A program made the translations under genes and the position numbers. DNA of 64,000 nucleotides from an uncultured delta proteobacterium (GTDB lineage Bacteria; Myxococcota_A; Polyangia; Polyangiales; Polyangiaceae): the NCBI GenBank assembly GCA_963696385.1, contig CAVOKF010000004.1, positions 256,001-320,000 on the forward strand, in the 5' to 3' direction. Positions within the stretch are counted from its first letter, which is position 1, and every line of letters starts with the position of its first letter. Under the pieces are notes generated by a model. That model ran no database searches. It saw only the letters and a list, made by a program, of their open reading frames with translations, and was not told the origin of the DNA. Of the stretch, positions 50,837-61,336 are shown one piece after another.

Positions 50837-52492
50837 ATGAGCACCCAAGAACGCCGTGCGCCTGGAGCGATGCGATTTCCGTTCGAGGCGTTGGTCGAGG
50901 TGGGCGGCGCCCTTGGCCCCACGTTCGAAGCGCAAGCCGTGAACGTCTCCGAGGAGGGGATCCAGATTCGCACGGCCTATTTGCCGGATCCAGGACAGAC
51001 CGTCACGTGTCGGTTCGACGCGGCCGCGGGCCAGATCGTCCTCGCTTCCGGCGAGGTGGCCTGGGCGCACGGAAGCGACCGGGGCGGAGAATTTGGAGTC
51101 CGATTCACCGATCTGGACGCCGAAAGTGTCGAGGCCTTGAAGCGCGTTTGCGGTGTCGGCTCCAGCGCGCCGCCTGCACAGACCGGCGCCAAGGTGCGCT
51201 TGCACATCGAGGGACTCTCGTCGCCCATGCGGGCCAAGATCAAGGAGACGCACCCGGCAGCCGTGACCGTCGGCAGCGATCTGGGCTTCTTGCAAGTGGG
51301 AAGGCAGCTCGAACTCGAGGATGCCCAGAGCGGCCACAAGCGACCCGCGACGATCGATCGCGTCGAGATCGCGGTCGACTCGGGATCGCAAGTGCCGCAG
51401 TTGATCGTGACGCTTCGTTACGGGGATGCGCGGGAGCCCGTTGCTACCGCCGGGGCCACGACCGAACGAGCGCGCCATACGCCGCCGTCGACGGCGAGTC
51501 ATACCGCCGAGGTGGACGCTGCGGCGCAGGAGTTGCGTGGCGCGTTCGCGCGGGGCGTCGAGAGGGTCGGGCCGGCGTTGGGCCGGTTTGCCGAGCAGCT
51601 GAAGACCACCGTCGCGTTGTTCGCGAAGCAGCGTGGCGACCGGAGTGTGGATGGCTCGGCGCCTCGACGCATGACGGCCCCGCCGCCGAACGGCGCGCTT
51701 CACTCGACCGGACGACGGGTCGTCCGCGGCGAGTCGAAATCTTCGCCCGACGACGCGTATGCGCTGCCGAGAGGAACGTTCACGCCCCGCCGGGCCGCTT
51801 TGGCCGGAGGCGTCATGTTCGCGGCCATCGTCGGGGCACTTGCTTTGAAGAAGGCGCACCACGAGCTACCGGCGACGGCGTCCTCGGTCGAGGCGACGGC
51901 TGCCGCGAGCGCATCGGTGGCCGTCGTCCCCGCGGCTGCGCCGGTCCCCACGCCGTCCAGCTCCCCCGCGCCGAGTTCCACGACGGCCGTAGCGTCTGCG
52001 CCCCCGCAAGCCGTGGCTCAGAGCGACGAATCAACGGGATCGGCAAGGCTCCAGAAGAGGATCCATGTGACGCCCTTCGCGAACGGTCCCGTCCACCACC
52101 CCAACGTGTTGCGCTTGAAGATGGACGGCCCGATCGAATCCATCGAAGGTGCCCAGCAGCCGAACGGCTTTGCGGTGAAGCTTCCCGGGCGCCGATCGCT
52201 CGAGGCGGCGGCACCGCTTGCGGCTCGCGATTCGAGGATTGCGGCAATCAAAGTCTCCAACGACCCCGCGGGCGCGGAGCTGACGGTGTCCTTTCGAGAC
52301 GGCGTTCCGAACTACCGAGTGAGCGCACGTGGAGAGACTCTCGTCATCGCCCTTGCGCCCGCGGGCACGCTCGATCGTGGGGTCGCGGATCGGGAGGAGA
52401 AGGGTGCCCGAAGCGCAAAGCACGCCAAGCGCCCACAACCAGAAAAGGGAGAGTCTCAGTCCAAGGCCGACAAGGGCGAGCAGGCTCTTTAG
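50837..52492 (+). CDS. PilZ-domain membrane protein
   Basis: ERRAPGAMR, NVSEEG, GEVAW...FGVRF; one TM, Ala/Pro/Ser linker, C-terminal beta domain; GGAGG RBS. Confidence 0.85.
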   Translation: MSTQERRAPGAMRFPFEALVEVGGALGPTFEAQAVNVSEEGIQIRTAYLPDPGQTVTCRFDAAAGQIVLASGEVAWAHGSDRGGEFGVRFTDLDAESVEALKRVCGVGSSAPPAQTGAKVRLHIEGLSSPMRAKIKETHPAAVTVGSDLGFLQVGRQLELEDAQSGHKRPATIDRVEIAVDSGSQVPQLIVTLRYGDAREPVATAGATTERARHTPPSTASHTAEVDAAAQELRGAFARGVERVGPALGRFAEQLKTTVALFAKQRGDRSVDGSAPRRMTAPPPNGALHSTGRRVVRGESKSSPDDAYALPRGTFTPRRAALAGGVMFAAIVGALALKKAHHELPATASSVEATAAASASVAVVPAAAPVPTPSSSPAPSSTTAVASAPPQAVAQSDESTGSARLQKRIHVTPFANGPVHHPNVLRLKMDGPIESIEGAQQPNGFAVKLPGRRSLEAAAPLAARDSRIAAIKVSNDPAGAELTVSFRDGVPNYRVSARGETLVIALAPAGTLDRGVADREEKGARSAKHAKRPQPEKGESQSKADKGEQAL

Positions 52493-52552
52493 CGTCCCGA
52501 AGCCTGCGCTCCCCAAGGTGGGGGTTCGTGCGCGATGAGGGTTCGTGTGCGA

Positions 52553-53605
52553 TCACCGTCGCCCGCGGCCTTTGCGGGTCACCCGCGCGAGCGACGTGCG
52601 GTTGTGAGCCGTGAGGTCCCATCCGTCGCGCTCGCCGCGAACGAGCCGCAGGGCGCCCGCGTAGGCCACCATGGCCCCGTTGTCCGTGCAACTGGCGATC
52701 GCCGGGATCGAGACGCGCAAGCCTCGGGCAGCGCCGAGTTCGCGTGCGCGGCGCCTCAACTCTTGGTTGGCGGCGACACCGCCGCCTAGGACGACGGTGT
52801 CGACGCGTTGCTCGAGGGCCGCGTCGATGGTCTTCGCCACCAGCACCCCCGTCACGGCGGCTTGAAATGACGCACAAACGTCGCGGGCGTCTTGCTCCGC
52901 CGGCAACCCGTCGCGTGCGACCAGTCGGGCGACTTGGGTCTTGACTCCGGAGAAGCTCATTTCGAGAGATTGCGAGTGCGCCATGGGGGCGAGAAGCTTG
53001 ACGCGCGAGGGGTCGCCGCCTTGGGCAGCTCTCTCGATGGCCGGTCCGCCCGGATACCCCAGGCCGAGCAGCTTCGCGACTTTGTCGAACGCCTCGCCCG
53101 CGGCATCGTCTCGGGTCGCCCCGAGCTCCATGACCGCTTCGGCGTATGGAGCGTCGACGCGGTAGATCGCCGTGTGACCGCCCGAGGCGAGCAGGCATAC
53201 GAACGGAAAGCTCGGCGGGGCTGCTTCGCAACCATCGCGCTGAAGAAATACGGCCAGCAAATGGCCCATGAGATGGTCGACGCCCACCAGAGGCTTTCGC
53301 GCGGCCCACGCGAGGCCCTTGGCCGCCTCGACGCCCACCAAGAGCGCGCCGATCAGCCCGGGCCGGTGGGTCACCGCGACTCCATCGACGTCCGCGAGGT
53401 CGACGCCCGCCTGAGCGAGCGCTGCGTGGACCACGGGCCCGACATTGCGCAAATGATCGCGGGATGCGAGCTCCGGGACGACGCCGCCGTACTGCGCGTG
53501 CAGGCGCACTTGCGAGTGAACGACGTCCGAGCGGACGCGACCGGCGTCGTCGACGATCGCAGCGGCGGTCTCGTCGCAGGACGACTCGAGACCTAGTACG
53601 AGCAT
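52553..53605 (-). CDS. tsaD: tRNA N6-threonylcarbamoyltransferase TsaD
   Basis: LGLESSCDET, YGGVVPELASR, HLMGH, SGGHT, DDAAGEAFDK, SFSG, GGVAAN, TDNGAM. Confidence 0.97.
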   Translation of the reverse strand: MLVLGLESSCDETAAAIVDDAGRVRSDVVHSQVRLHAQYGGVVPELASRDHLRNVGPVVHAALAQAGVDLADVDGVAVTHRPGLIGALLVGVEAAKGLAWAARKPLVGVDHLMGHLLAVFLQRDGCEAAPPSFPFVCLLASGGHTAIYRVDAPYAEAVMELGATRDDAAGEAFDKVAKLLGLGYPGGPAIERAAQGGDPSRVKLLAPMAHSQSLEMSFSGVKTQVARLVARDGLPAEQDARDVCASFQAAVTGVLVAKTIDAALEQRVDTVVLGGGVAANQELRRRARELGAARGLRVSIPAIASCTDNGAMVAYAGALRLVRGERDGWDLTAHNRTSLARVTRKGRGRR

Positions 53606-54114
53606 GGTCCCGAGCCGCGCGTGAGCGAGAAGACCGCAAAGACGCATTGCTCGCTCGCCGCGGCGTCCCCGCCGCCGTCGAGTGCGGCGGCATTTGGAGC
53701 CCCACGGAGCAAACGCACCTCGACCTCGCCCGATTGCATGAGGGAGATGACCGCGAAGACCTCGTCGCCGTCGCCGTCCGAGAACGGGGTCGTTGCGGCG
53801 GCCACGTAAAGCAGGTTCTGGATTCGCCCTTCCCCGAACTGGAGCGTCGAGAGCGGATCGTTCCAGATTTCGGGGATGGGCCGGAGAGGCACGGTTTGAA
53901 ACCTTCCGTCACTCGTCGAAATGGCCCCCGGTGCATCCTGGAGGTGATCGGTGTCGAGCGTCAGGCAAAGGGTCGTGCCCGCGTCGACGCCGACGCGCAC
54001 GAACTGCGCGTCGATGACGGAACCTCCGTAGTGGCTCCCGTGCGTCGAGAAACCGCTGATGTTGCGGCAAGCGACGAGCCACATCGCTCCGACGGCGACG
54101 AGACCAGGCCGCAT
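53593..54114 (-). CDS. hypothetical lipoprotein
   Basis: TGATG coupling with the upstream TPR gene; lipobox WLVAC. Confidence 0.7.
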   Translation of the reverse strand: MRPGLVAVGAMWLVACRNISGFSTHGSHYGGSVIDAQFVRVGVDAGTTLCLTLDTDHLQDAPGAISTSDGRFQTVPLRPIPEIWNDPLSTLQFGEGRIQNLLYVAAATTPFSDGDGDEVFAVISLMQSGEVEVRLLRGAPNAAALDGGGDAAASEQCVFAVFSLTRGSGPCSY

Positions 54115-57100
54115 CAGCGCTCGATCGCTCGCGCCGAATCCCGCACGCGCGGCTCCGGATCGCTTGCGACCAGCTGGTGGGCAAGCGCCTGCGCCGCGGC
54201 GGGGTCCGACGCGTCCAGGGCTTCGAGGGCCGCCTGCCGTACGAGGGCATACGGATCGCTCGTCGCCGCACGCGCGAGCCACGTGCTCGCCCCGGAGATC
54301 CCGTGGCCGGACATGCGACCGAGGGCCGCGGCCGCGCGAACGCGCATCGCCCAGTTCTCGTCGTTGGCCAGGATTCTCGCCACGACCTCCGCCGCACGTT
54401 CGCTCGCCGTCGCGCGAGTGCCGTCCGCCCGCGGCGCGCAGACGGCCGCGAGTGCAACGCGCCGCACCGCGTCGGTCGTGTCCTCCAGCCCGGCGATGAC
54501 GGCATCGGTCGCCGCGTCGCTCGACAGTCGCGCGACGAGAACGAGCGCTTTTGCCCGGATCGCCGGATCGGGATGCCTTGCCAGTGGAACGAGGCTCGGC
54601 TCGAGCGCGACGGCGATGGCCCGTGCCGCATCGGCGGCGGCTCCGGACGCGCCGTGCGTCACGAAGGGCAAGAACTCGCCGTCTCCGTCGCCTAGCGCAT
54701 CCAAAACCGCGCTGGCGCGCGAGCCCGAGGTTTGCAGGGCCGTGAGCGCGGCGCGTGTGATGGGGCCCGCGTATTGGACCAATGCCGCCGCTCGCTTGGC
54801 GTCGTCCTCTTCGGGCGGGGCGAACCGGTCCATGAGCGCCTCGACATCGAACGCGCCCTCCGGCTCCGGCAACGCGGCACGGGCATGGGCCGCCCCCCCC
54901 GCACTGTCGTCGTGGGCGGCGAGAGCCGCCAATGCGTTCACCGCAGCGCGTGAAAGGGCGTCGGCCGACCTTCGCGCCGAGGACTCGTCGCTCTCGCGGG
55001 CAAAAATGGCGTCGGCCATCGCTCGTACGGCCTCGTCGTGCCAAGCGGGCGGCTTCGGGCCCGTCGCCGCCATTCGCGCCAGCGCCAGCAACGCCATGCG
55101 CCGAACGAGCCCTTCCCCGTCTTCGGAGATCTCCAGCAGCACGGGTACCTGCGATTCCGCGTTCAGCTCTCCGAGGGCGTAGGCCGCCGCGGCCTGCGCG
55201 ATCGCGCCGGCATCTGCGGATCGGGCGATCGCGGCTACCTGCGGGATGGAGGAGGTATCGTGCGTCGCTCCGAGCCCCAGGATAGCGAGCGCCCGCATGG
55301 TCGGAGAGGCGGTGAGCGCAACACGGCGAAGTACGGGAAGAACGCGCGCATCGCGGATCTTCGCGAGTCCCCACACGGCGGCCACGCCCACGGCGTCGGA
55401 GAGCACCTGATCGTCGGTTTCCCCCTTCGGGAAGAGGAGCGACTCGTACTTGGCCACGAGCGACGGATCCGCCAGCTCGGCGCATGCCTGCATCGCCCTC
55501 GCTCGGAGCGCCAGCTCGGCCGGTCCCGTGGCGAAGACAAAGAGAGGCAGGGCCGCGTTGCGGTTCTGAACGTAGGCGAGAACGTCGATCGCGATGCGTT
55601 GTTGGGTGACGTCCTTGTCGGCCAGGGCGTCGAGCAACGGCTTGACCGCGCGCGCGCCGATTCGCGTCAACGTATCGCGCGCCTGCGACGCTTCCTCGGG
55701 CGTACCGTGGCGGACGCGCTGGACGAGCGCATAAGTCAGGCTTCCGTAGATCTCGACGAGCAACTTGCGGTACAGGGGCCGCTGCGCGTTGCCGATGGCC
55801 AGCGGCAACAGATCCTGCTCGAGCGACTCGAGCGTGCCTTTGCCGAGGTTAATCTGCATGGAGAGCCGCGCTGCGCGCGCGACCAGATCCTCGTCCGGTG
55901 CGCCGCGAATCACGCTGCGGAACAGTCGATCGGCCTCGTCGACCTTCCCCTTGGACAGAAGAAGATCGGCAAGCTCGAAGTACACGATGAACAGCCGATC
56001 ATTTTTAGCGATGGCGGCGCGAAACTCTGCGATGGCCCGATCGGTGTCCTGTCTCGAGCGGTACATCTCGCCAAGGCGACGGTGTCCTTCCGCGTCGTCG
56101 GGGTTGAGTTCAACGGCTCGCGCCGCGTATTGGATCGCATCGTCGTCGTGGTAAATTTGCAGCGAGTATTGCGCCATCCGCTGGTAAATCTCGCGCGCTC
56201 GCTTGGGATCGAGCGTCGCGAGCTGGTCGAGAACCGCGATGGCATCGGCGATCTTGCCTTCCTGGACGAGCACGCGCTCGAGGGCCAGATGAGCCTCGGC
56301 GTCTCCCGGCGCGAGTTCGATCACCCGACGCAGGGCCGCCTCGGCATCGGGGAGCTTTCGCAGATGAAGCAGCGCCTCGGCAAGCATTCGGCCGGACTCG
56401 ATGTCAGGGGGGATCGCGGCAAAGCGCTTGGCCAAGATCGGGACCTGCTGATCGAGCACGCGCTCGAGGCCCCAGAGCGTGACGATGCGCGTGCGGCACT
56501 CGCGCGCCAGAGCTTTGTCCCCCGTCTCCTTCGTCCGTACGACGATCTCTTCGTACAATGAGCGGGCGTCGCGGAAAGCATGCGTGCGCTCGAGCGCGGA
56601 TGCGAGAGCCTTCTTGTAGCCGAGGTTTGCCGGGTCGAGTGATACGGCCTCTTTGTAGGCGGCGACGGCATCGGCGCTCATGTCGTGTTCGAGGTATACG
56701 TCGCCCAGTGCAGAAAGAGCCTTCGCGCGGGGCTGTACGACGGCGACGATTCGCTGCCATGTCTGAACGGCGAGTTTCGTGTCGCCGTCCTGGAAGTAGC
56801 GGTCGCCCAGGTCGACCAGGTGGCCGGGGTCCGCGGCTCCGTTCACTGCGGCGAGGCGTTGAAGCACGTGCAGCGATCTCTCGGACTCGCCGATTCGAGC
56901 GAGAAAGTCCGCGACTCTCGACAAGACCTCGTCGTCGTTGGCTGCGCGGGCCTCGAGTTGGGTGACGAGCGCGAGAGCGCGCACGCGATCGCCACGCTGC
57001 AAGAGCGCCTCGCACTCCTCGAAAACGAACTGAGGATTGCCCGGCGACGCCCGAATGAGGGCCTCGTACTCCGCGATCGCGCGATCGAGGTCGCCGTTGC

Positions 57101-58280
57101 TCTGGAGGAGTCGGATCACTCGAATGTTCAGATCGATCTGCCGGGGGTCGAGCGCGAGCGCGCGCCGGTACGCGCTGATCGCTTGGCTGCTCTCACCCGT
57201 CTCCTCGTACAGGCTCCCCAGGAGAGCCAACCGCACCGCGTCGTTGGGGTGCTCGTCCTCGAGCTCTTTGACGAGCGCAGGGAGATTCTGGTCGGCGCGA
57301 TAGATTTCGGCGATGATGCCGTAGACTTCGGCCCGCAGCGCCGTCTCGGCTCCCGCCACGCCGAGGGCCCGCTTCAGGCTGACAAGCGCGGCCTCATTTT
57401 CGTGGGCTTTGGCCTGTGCACGGCCGAGCTCTTTGAGAGCCGGCGCGAGCGCGCGGTTGTCGCCCGCCGCGCTCGCGACGACTTGCTTGAGCTCGGCTTC
57501 GGCGCGAACGTATTCGCCCCGCGCGGACAATGCCCGCCCGAGCTCGCCGCGCACGAACAAACTCGTCGGCTCGAGCTGGACGAGTTGCGCGTGAAATGCG
57601 GCGGCCGAGCCATAATCCTTCGCGGACAAGGCGAGGTCCATCAAAGTCCGTAGCGTTTGCTCCCTGTCGGCGCGCGCCGTTTGGAGTCCGAGCGCCTGTT
57701 CGTAGCGGACTCGCGCTTGGGAGACATCGCCGCGATCCTCGAGGACCCTGGCCAGAGCGAGCAAGGCGTTCGCGTCTTTGGGCTTGAGGGCGATCGCCTT
57801 CTCGTACGTGACGATGGCATCCTCGATGCGTCCGTCGATCTTGAGAAGACCGGCCAGCGCGACGGTCGCCGCGTAGGCGTCGCCACCGGACCCCGCCGAC
57901 CGTCGCTCGAAGTCGGTCACCAGGTGGGCCATGTTGCCGTCCCGGTCGCGGTACAGTTGTGCGAGTCGCTGCAGAGGAAATGGGGCGCCTGGCTGCGACA
58001 GGACGACCCGTGTGTAGCGATCGATGAGTGCTGCCGGCGTCGGACCGGCGGAGGCGTTCGCGGGTACGGCCGCGCCGGACGGCTGTATAGCGGCTCCGCT
58101 CGGCGTCGAGGGGCCGTGCGCGGTCGCTGCCGGTCGATGTCGTCCATGCGGGTCGAAGTCCTGTGCGTGGGCGACCGACTCGACGGCCAGCAACGCCGCC
58201 AGGGCAAGGGGTCCAACGCGCACGGGGACAAGCTTACTGCGCGCGTCCCGGTGTCGCGAGGACGAGAAGAGCGAAGACAA
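54114..58280 (-). CDS. large exported TPR + HEAT-repeat protein (start approximate)
   Basis: AHA-Q signal cleavage-like site; many TPRs (AIVTYEKAIALKPKD, AYRRALALDP) followed by HEAT repeats (DPAIRAKA, DPYALVRQAA, DPEPRVR). Confidence 0.85.
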   Translation of the reverse strand: MSSLFSSSRHRDARSKLVPVRVGPLALAALLAVESVAHAQDFDPHGRHRPAATAHGPSTPSGAAIQPSGAAVPANASAGPTPAALIDRYTRVVLSQPGAPFPLQRLAQLYRDRDGNMAHLVTDFERRSAGSGGDAYAATVALAGLLKIDGRIEDAIVTYEKAIALKPKDANALLALARVLEDRGDVSQARVRYEQALGLQTARADREQTLRTLMDLALSAKDYGSAAAFHAQLVQLEPTSLFVRGELGRALSARGEYVRAEAELKQVVASAAGDNRALAPALKELGRAQAKAHENEAALVSLKRALGVAGAETALRAEVYGIIAEIYRADQNLPALVKELEDEHPNDAVRLALLGSLYEETGESSQAISAYRRALALDPRQIDLNIRVIRLLQSNGDLDRAIAEYEALIRASPGNPQFVFEECEALLQRGDRVRALALVTQLEARAANDDEVLSRVADFLARIGESERSLHVLQRLAAVNGAADPGHLVDLGDRYFQDGDTKLAVQTWQRIVAVVQPRAKALSALGDVYLEHDMSADAVAAYKEAVSLDPANLGYKKALASALERTHAFRDARSLYEEIVVRTKETGDKALARECRTRIVTLWGLERVLDQQVPILAKRFAAIPPDIESGRMLAEALLHLRKLPDAEAALRRVIELAPGDAEAHLALERVLVQEGKIADAIAVLDQLATLDPKRAREIYQRMAQYSLQIYHDDDAIQYAARAVELNPDDAEGHRRLGEMYRSRQDTDRAIAEFRAAIAKNDRLFIVYFELADLLLSKGKVDEADRLFRSVIRGAPDEDLVARAARLSMQINLGKGTLESLEQDLLPLAIGNAQRPLYRKLLVEIYGSLTYALVQRVRHGTPEEASQARDTLTRIGARAVKPLLDALADKDVTQQRIAIDVLAYVQNRNAALPLFVFATGPAELALRARAMQACAELADPSLVAKYESLLFPKGETDDQVLSDAVGVAAVWGLAKIRDARVLPVLRRVALTASPTMRALAILGLGATHDTSSIPQVAAIARSADAGAIAQAAAAYALGELNAESQVPVLLEISEDGEGLVRRMALLALARMAATGPKPPAWHDEAVRAMADAIFARESDESSARRSADALSRAAVNALAALAAHDDSAGGAAHARAALPEPEGAFDVEALMDRFAPPEEDDAKRAAALVQYAGPITRAALTALQTSGSRASAVLDALGDGDGEFLPFVTHGASGAAADAARAIAVALEPSLVPLARHPDPAIRAKALVLVARLSSDAATDAVIAGLEDTTDAVRRVALAAVCAPRADGTRATASERAAEVVARILANDENWAMRVRAAAALGRMSGHGISGASTWLARAATSDPYALVRQAALEALDASDPAAAQALAHQLVASDPEPRVRDSARAIER

Positions 58281-58341
58281 CCGCGACCGCGGACCCCGAC
58301 CCGACCCCGGACCCGAACCGCGACCGGGGACGCCGAAAGCG

Positions 58342-59775
58342 TCAGCTGGCCCGCATGATGAGCGCTGCGAGCAAGACGAAGCCGAGCAGTCCCAGCAGCA
58401 CGGCGATTCCGATGGAACACCAGCGGACGACGGTGTGCTCGGGAGCCCCGGCCACGTCCGTAGCGTCGACGGCGAAACGGGCGCGTGTCGCGGCCGCCGC
58501 TCGTAGCATCAACGCCATCTCGATGAGCGTTGCGAGTGCGATGGCCCCCATCGCGATCGTCAAGCCGCGCGACCGCCTCGCACGAGTGGCTCGGACGATC
58601 GCAGGAAAACCGTCTAGCACGGTGTAGCGCGCGACCGGCGTCGCGGGCGACAGCGCCAGGCATGGCCAGAGCGCGGCCTGGGTCTCGCGAGCGTCGCGGC
58701 GGGACGCGCATCCTGCCGGATCGGTCCCGAACGCGAGTGCGGAGTCGTCGCTCCATGCCACGAAAAACGGGCGGACCGTTGCCCGGGGTCCGAGCTTCGA
58801 TGGCGTCGTCGGATTGCTTGCAGCGACCGCCCAGTACAACCCGGGCGCGAGCCGAGGAACCCGAACCGAGGCCGCCGGCCATGTCGTCGGCGGCCCCGCG
58901 GGAGTCACAGCGGCCGCCCACGCGCGGCCATAAGCGTCGTCGATCTCGATGTACTCCGTCGCTCGAGGACCCGGCGTGACGACGTCGATCCGGGGCTCTT
59001 CGTCGGGGGTCCATCGCAGGCGCGTGTCCAGCCTCGCACCGCCCGGCGACGCGTAGAGTCCGCCCACCCACGCGCCGCTCCGTCCGTCGCGCGCGTGCGC
59101 GTGCAGGGCCAACGAGACCGCCAAGCCGACCGTCGTCAGGGTGAGCTCGGCCCAGCCCTCGGAGTCGGTGCGCCCGATCGGAACCGCTGCGTTCCAGCTC
59201 GGGTCCTGCTCGGCTTCGATGAGCGTGTCGACCGACGCTGCACCCGTCGCCCGGTGGGTCGATCGAACGCAGATCGTCGAAGGAAACCCCGGCGATGCGC
59301 TCTGTCCGACGAGCGCGACGTCGAGCCGAATCTCGCCCTCGCGGCGCGCGAACGGCATCCAGGCCGGGTACGACGGTCCCGCCGGATGGCCGGCATCCTG
59401 CATCGCCTCTCCTCCGGCGAGCAGCGCGCCGCCGGCGCGCACCTCGATGTGCGTTCCTCGGAGCGTCGGCAGCGGCAACAGCGCCTCGCCCACACCGTCG
59501 ACGTTGGTTTCGCCGTTCCACTCGACGGTTCGCCCATCGCCCGTCGTCGCAATCATCGAAAGCCGGGTCATCGACAGGGGCGACAGGCCCCGGCCATCTT
59601 CTTGCGACGCCACGACTTGCAACGCAGAGCCGGTCCCGGCTCGCGACTCGCTGGCCCCGTAGACCACCGCCCAGCGTGTGACGTCGGGGGCTCCAATGCG
59701 CAGGCCAGCGCCGACCGCGGTCAAGGCGACGAACGGGGTCCCCAGAAGGACCACGCGCTCCTTGTTCACCCTCAC
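58342..59775 (-). CDS. hypothetical membrane protein
   Basis: N-terminal hydrophobic segment, T(N/D)xxG motifs of Ig/MG-like domains, two C-terminal TMs; GTGA overlap with the upstream gene. Confidence 0.65.
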   Translation of the reverse strand: MRVNKERVVLLGTPFVALTAVGAGLRIGAPDVTRWAVVYGASESRAGTGSALQVVASQEDGRGLSPLSMTRLSMIATTGDGRTVEWNGETNVDGVGEALLPLPTLRGTHIEVRAGGALLAGGEAMQDAGHPAGPSYPAWMPFARREGEIRLDVALVGQSASPGFPSTICVRSTHRATGAASVDTLIEAEQDPSWNAAVPIGRTDSEGWAELTLTTVGLAVSLALHAHARDGRSGAWVGGLYASPGGARLDTRLRWTPDEEPRIDVVTPGPRATEYIEIDDAYGRAWAAAVTPAGPPTTWPAASVRVPRLAPGLYWAVAASNPTTPSKLGPRATVRPFFVAWSDDSALAFGTDPAGCASRRDARETQAALWPCLALSPATPVARYTVLDGFPAIVRATRARRSRGLTIAMGAIALATLIEMALMLRAAAATRARFAVDATDVAGAPEHTVVRWCSIGIAVLLGLLGFVLLAALIMRAS

Positions 59776-61202
59776 GGCTCCGGTTCCCAACCGGCATCGA
59801 TCGGCGCGTTGCCGCCGTCGATGACGATGGCGGGTGGCCGTGCCGGATCGGTTCCCAAGGATCCGCGCGAAAGGTGGATCGCGCGAACCCCGTCGGCACG
59901 TCGAACGTGCACGCCGTCGACCTGCCGCTCGACGTCGACGAACGCATCGGCATCCGCCCCGACCGCGCGATCGATCCTCACGCCGTACGCGCCGACGTCG
60001 CTCGCGCGAACGCTGCGATAGGTGACGCGGGCGGCATCGATGGGAACGCGCGCGCTCGCGGCCGTGGCGACGACTTCCGGGAGAAAACGAGCGACGAGCG
60101 CACCGCTGTGGCCCGCGCCAGGCACGCGGTCAAAGCGGACGCGAAAGCCCCGCTGACCGAGCGCACCCGCGAGCCTGTCGCTCTGACCGACGGGGCACGT
60201 GCGGTCGAGTTCGCCGTGAATCAGCCAGACGCCGAGATGGCGCGCGTTGTCGACGACGTCGAGCGCATTGACCCGATGGGCTGCGGCCTCGTCGCGCAAA
60301 ATGAAGCGCACGTACGTCGATCGATCGTAGTGCGTGTCGCCGAAGAAGCTCGTGACCGCCGCGAATCGGTCGGGGTGATGGAACGCGATCGTCAGGGCGC
60401 CGGCGCCACCCATGGACGCACCCCAGATCGACACCGCTTCGGGATCGATGGCGACCGCCGCCGAAAGGGCGTCGACTGCGCGCAAAACCTCGTCCTCGGC
60501 ATCGCCGGTGTAAAGGGAGTTTCCCAGGCCGCTCGGCAGCAGCAAGACGATGTCTCTCGCCTGCGCCTCTTTCAAGAGCTCGGCATAGGAGGCGTACGTC
60601 CACATCGATCCGTTCCAGGGATGTGTGCCGACGAGCAAACGACCCCGGCGACGAACGTCGTGATGGTGCGGGATGAACACGACCGCCTCGCCGCCGCCCT
60701 CGGACGCGTGGGCCGTCGCGAAAGTCAGTACGCTCAAACCCTCGGTCGACTGAGCGACATGACCCACGCGGGGCGGCTCACCGCAAGCGATTCGTCTCTC
60801 GTAGTCGCTGACGCCGAGGTCGATGATGAATTCGTGATGGCCTGCGGCGAGATCGACGACGAGAGGCCCGGGCGGCGCGGGAAGGCTGCGTCCGTCGAGC
60901 CGCACGCTCTGCCGACCTGCGCAGGGCGGAATTTCGATGGCGGATGCCGCGAGCGAATCGGTCCGCAGTCGCAGCTCGTAGCGTCCTGGAGCGACGACGT
61001 CGCGGGCGAGTCGGTCCCAGCTCTTCGACTCCCAATGGCCGCCATCCGCCCGCACGTCGGCGGCCGGCATCTCCACACCTTCGACGACCCGATGGGCAGC
61101 GAGCGTCGCGCCGCCGGTCGCGGACGTGCCGAGCACGGCAGCCCCCGTCAGAGCCGCCGTAGCCCCAACGCGCCCGATTCGCATCGTGCGTTCACGCGGC
61201 AT
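59772..61202 (-). CDS. exported alpha/beta hydrolase (esterase / peptidase S9-like)
   Basis: GASMGG nucleophile elbow, HGELD, GAGH catalytic triad motifs. Confidence 0.85.
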   Translation of the reverse strand: MPRERTMRIGRVGATAALTGAAVLGTSATGGATLAAHRVVEGVEMPAADVRADGGHWESKSWDRLARDVVAPGRYELRLRTDSLAASAIEIPPCAGRQSVRLDGRSLPAPPGPLVVDLAAGHHEFIIDLGVSDYERRIACGEPPRVGHVAQSTEGLSVLTFATAHASEGGGEAVVFIPHHHDVRRRGRLLVGTHPWNGSMWTYASYAELLKEAQARDIVLLLPSGLGNSLYTGDAEDEVLRAVDALSAAVAIDPEAVSIWGASMGGAGALTIAFHHPDRFAAVTSFFGDTHYDRSTYVRFILRDEAAAHRVNALDVVDNARHLGVWLIHGELDRTCPVGQSDRLAGALGQRGFRVRFDRVPGAGHSGALVARFLPEVVATAASARVPIDAARVTYRSVRASDVGAYGVRIDRAVGADADAFVDVERQVDGVHVRRADGVRAIHLSRGSLGTDPARPPAIVIDGGNAPIDAGWEPEP

Positions 61203-61336
61203 CTCGATCGACCCGCCGGGGTTCGCCCTTGTAACGGCGTCTGTCCGATCCTACAGGGAACGGGCGCATGCCATCCGCCGCCCGTCCGTCGTCGATTGAC
61301 CCGCCGCCGCTCCGGCGGCCGACCGGCCAGGGCGAG

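Noticed and set aside
49913..51862. 649-aa minus-strand ORF
   Set aside because: Antisense shadow of the PilZ gene joined to the exonuclease N half and repeat read-through; only 50779 to ~50465 is real.
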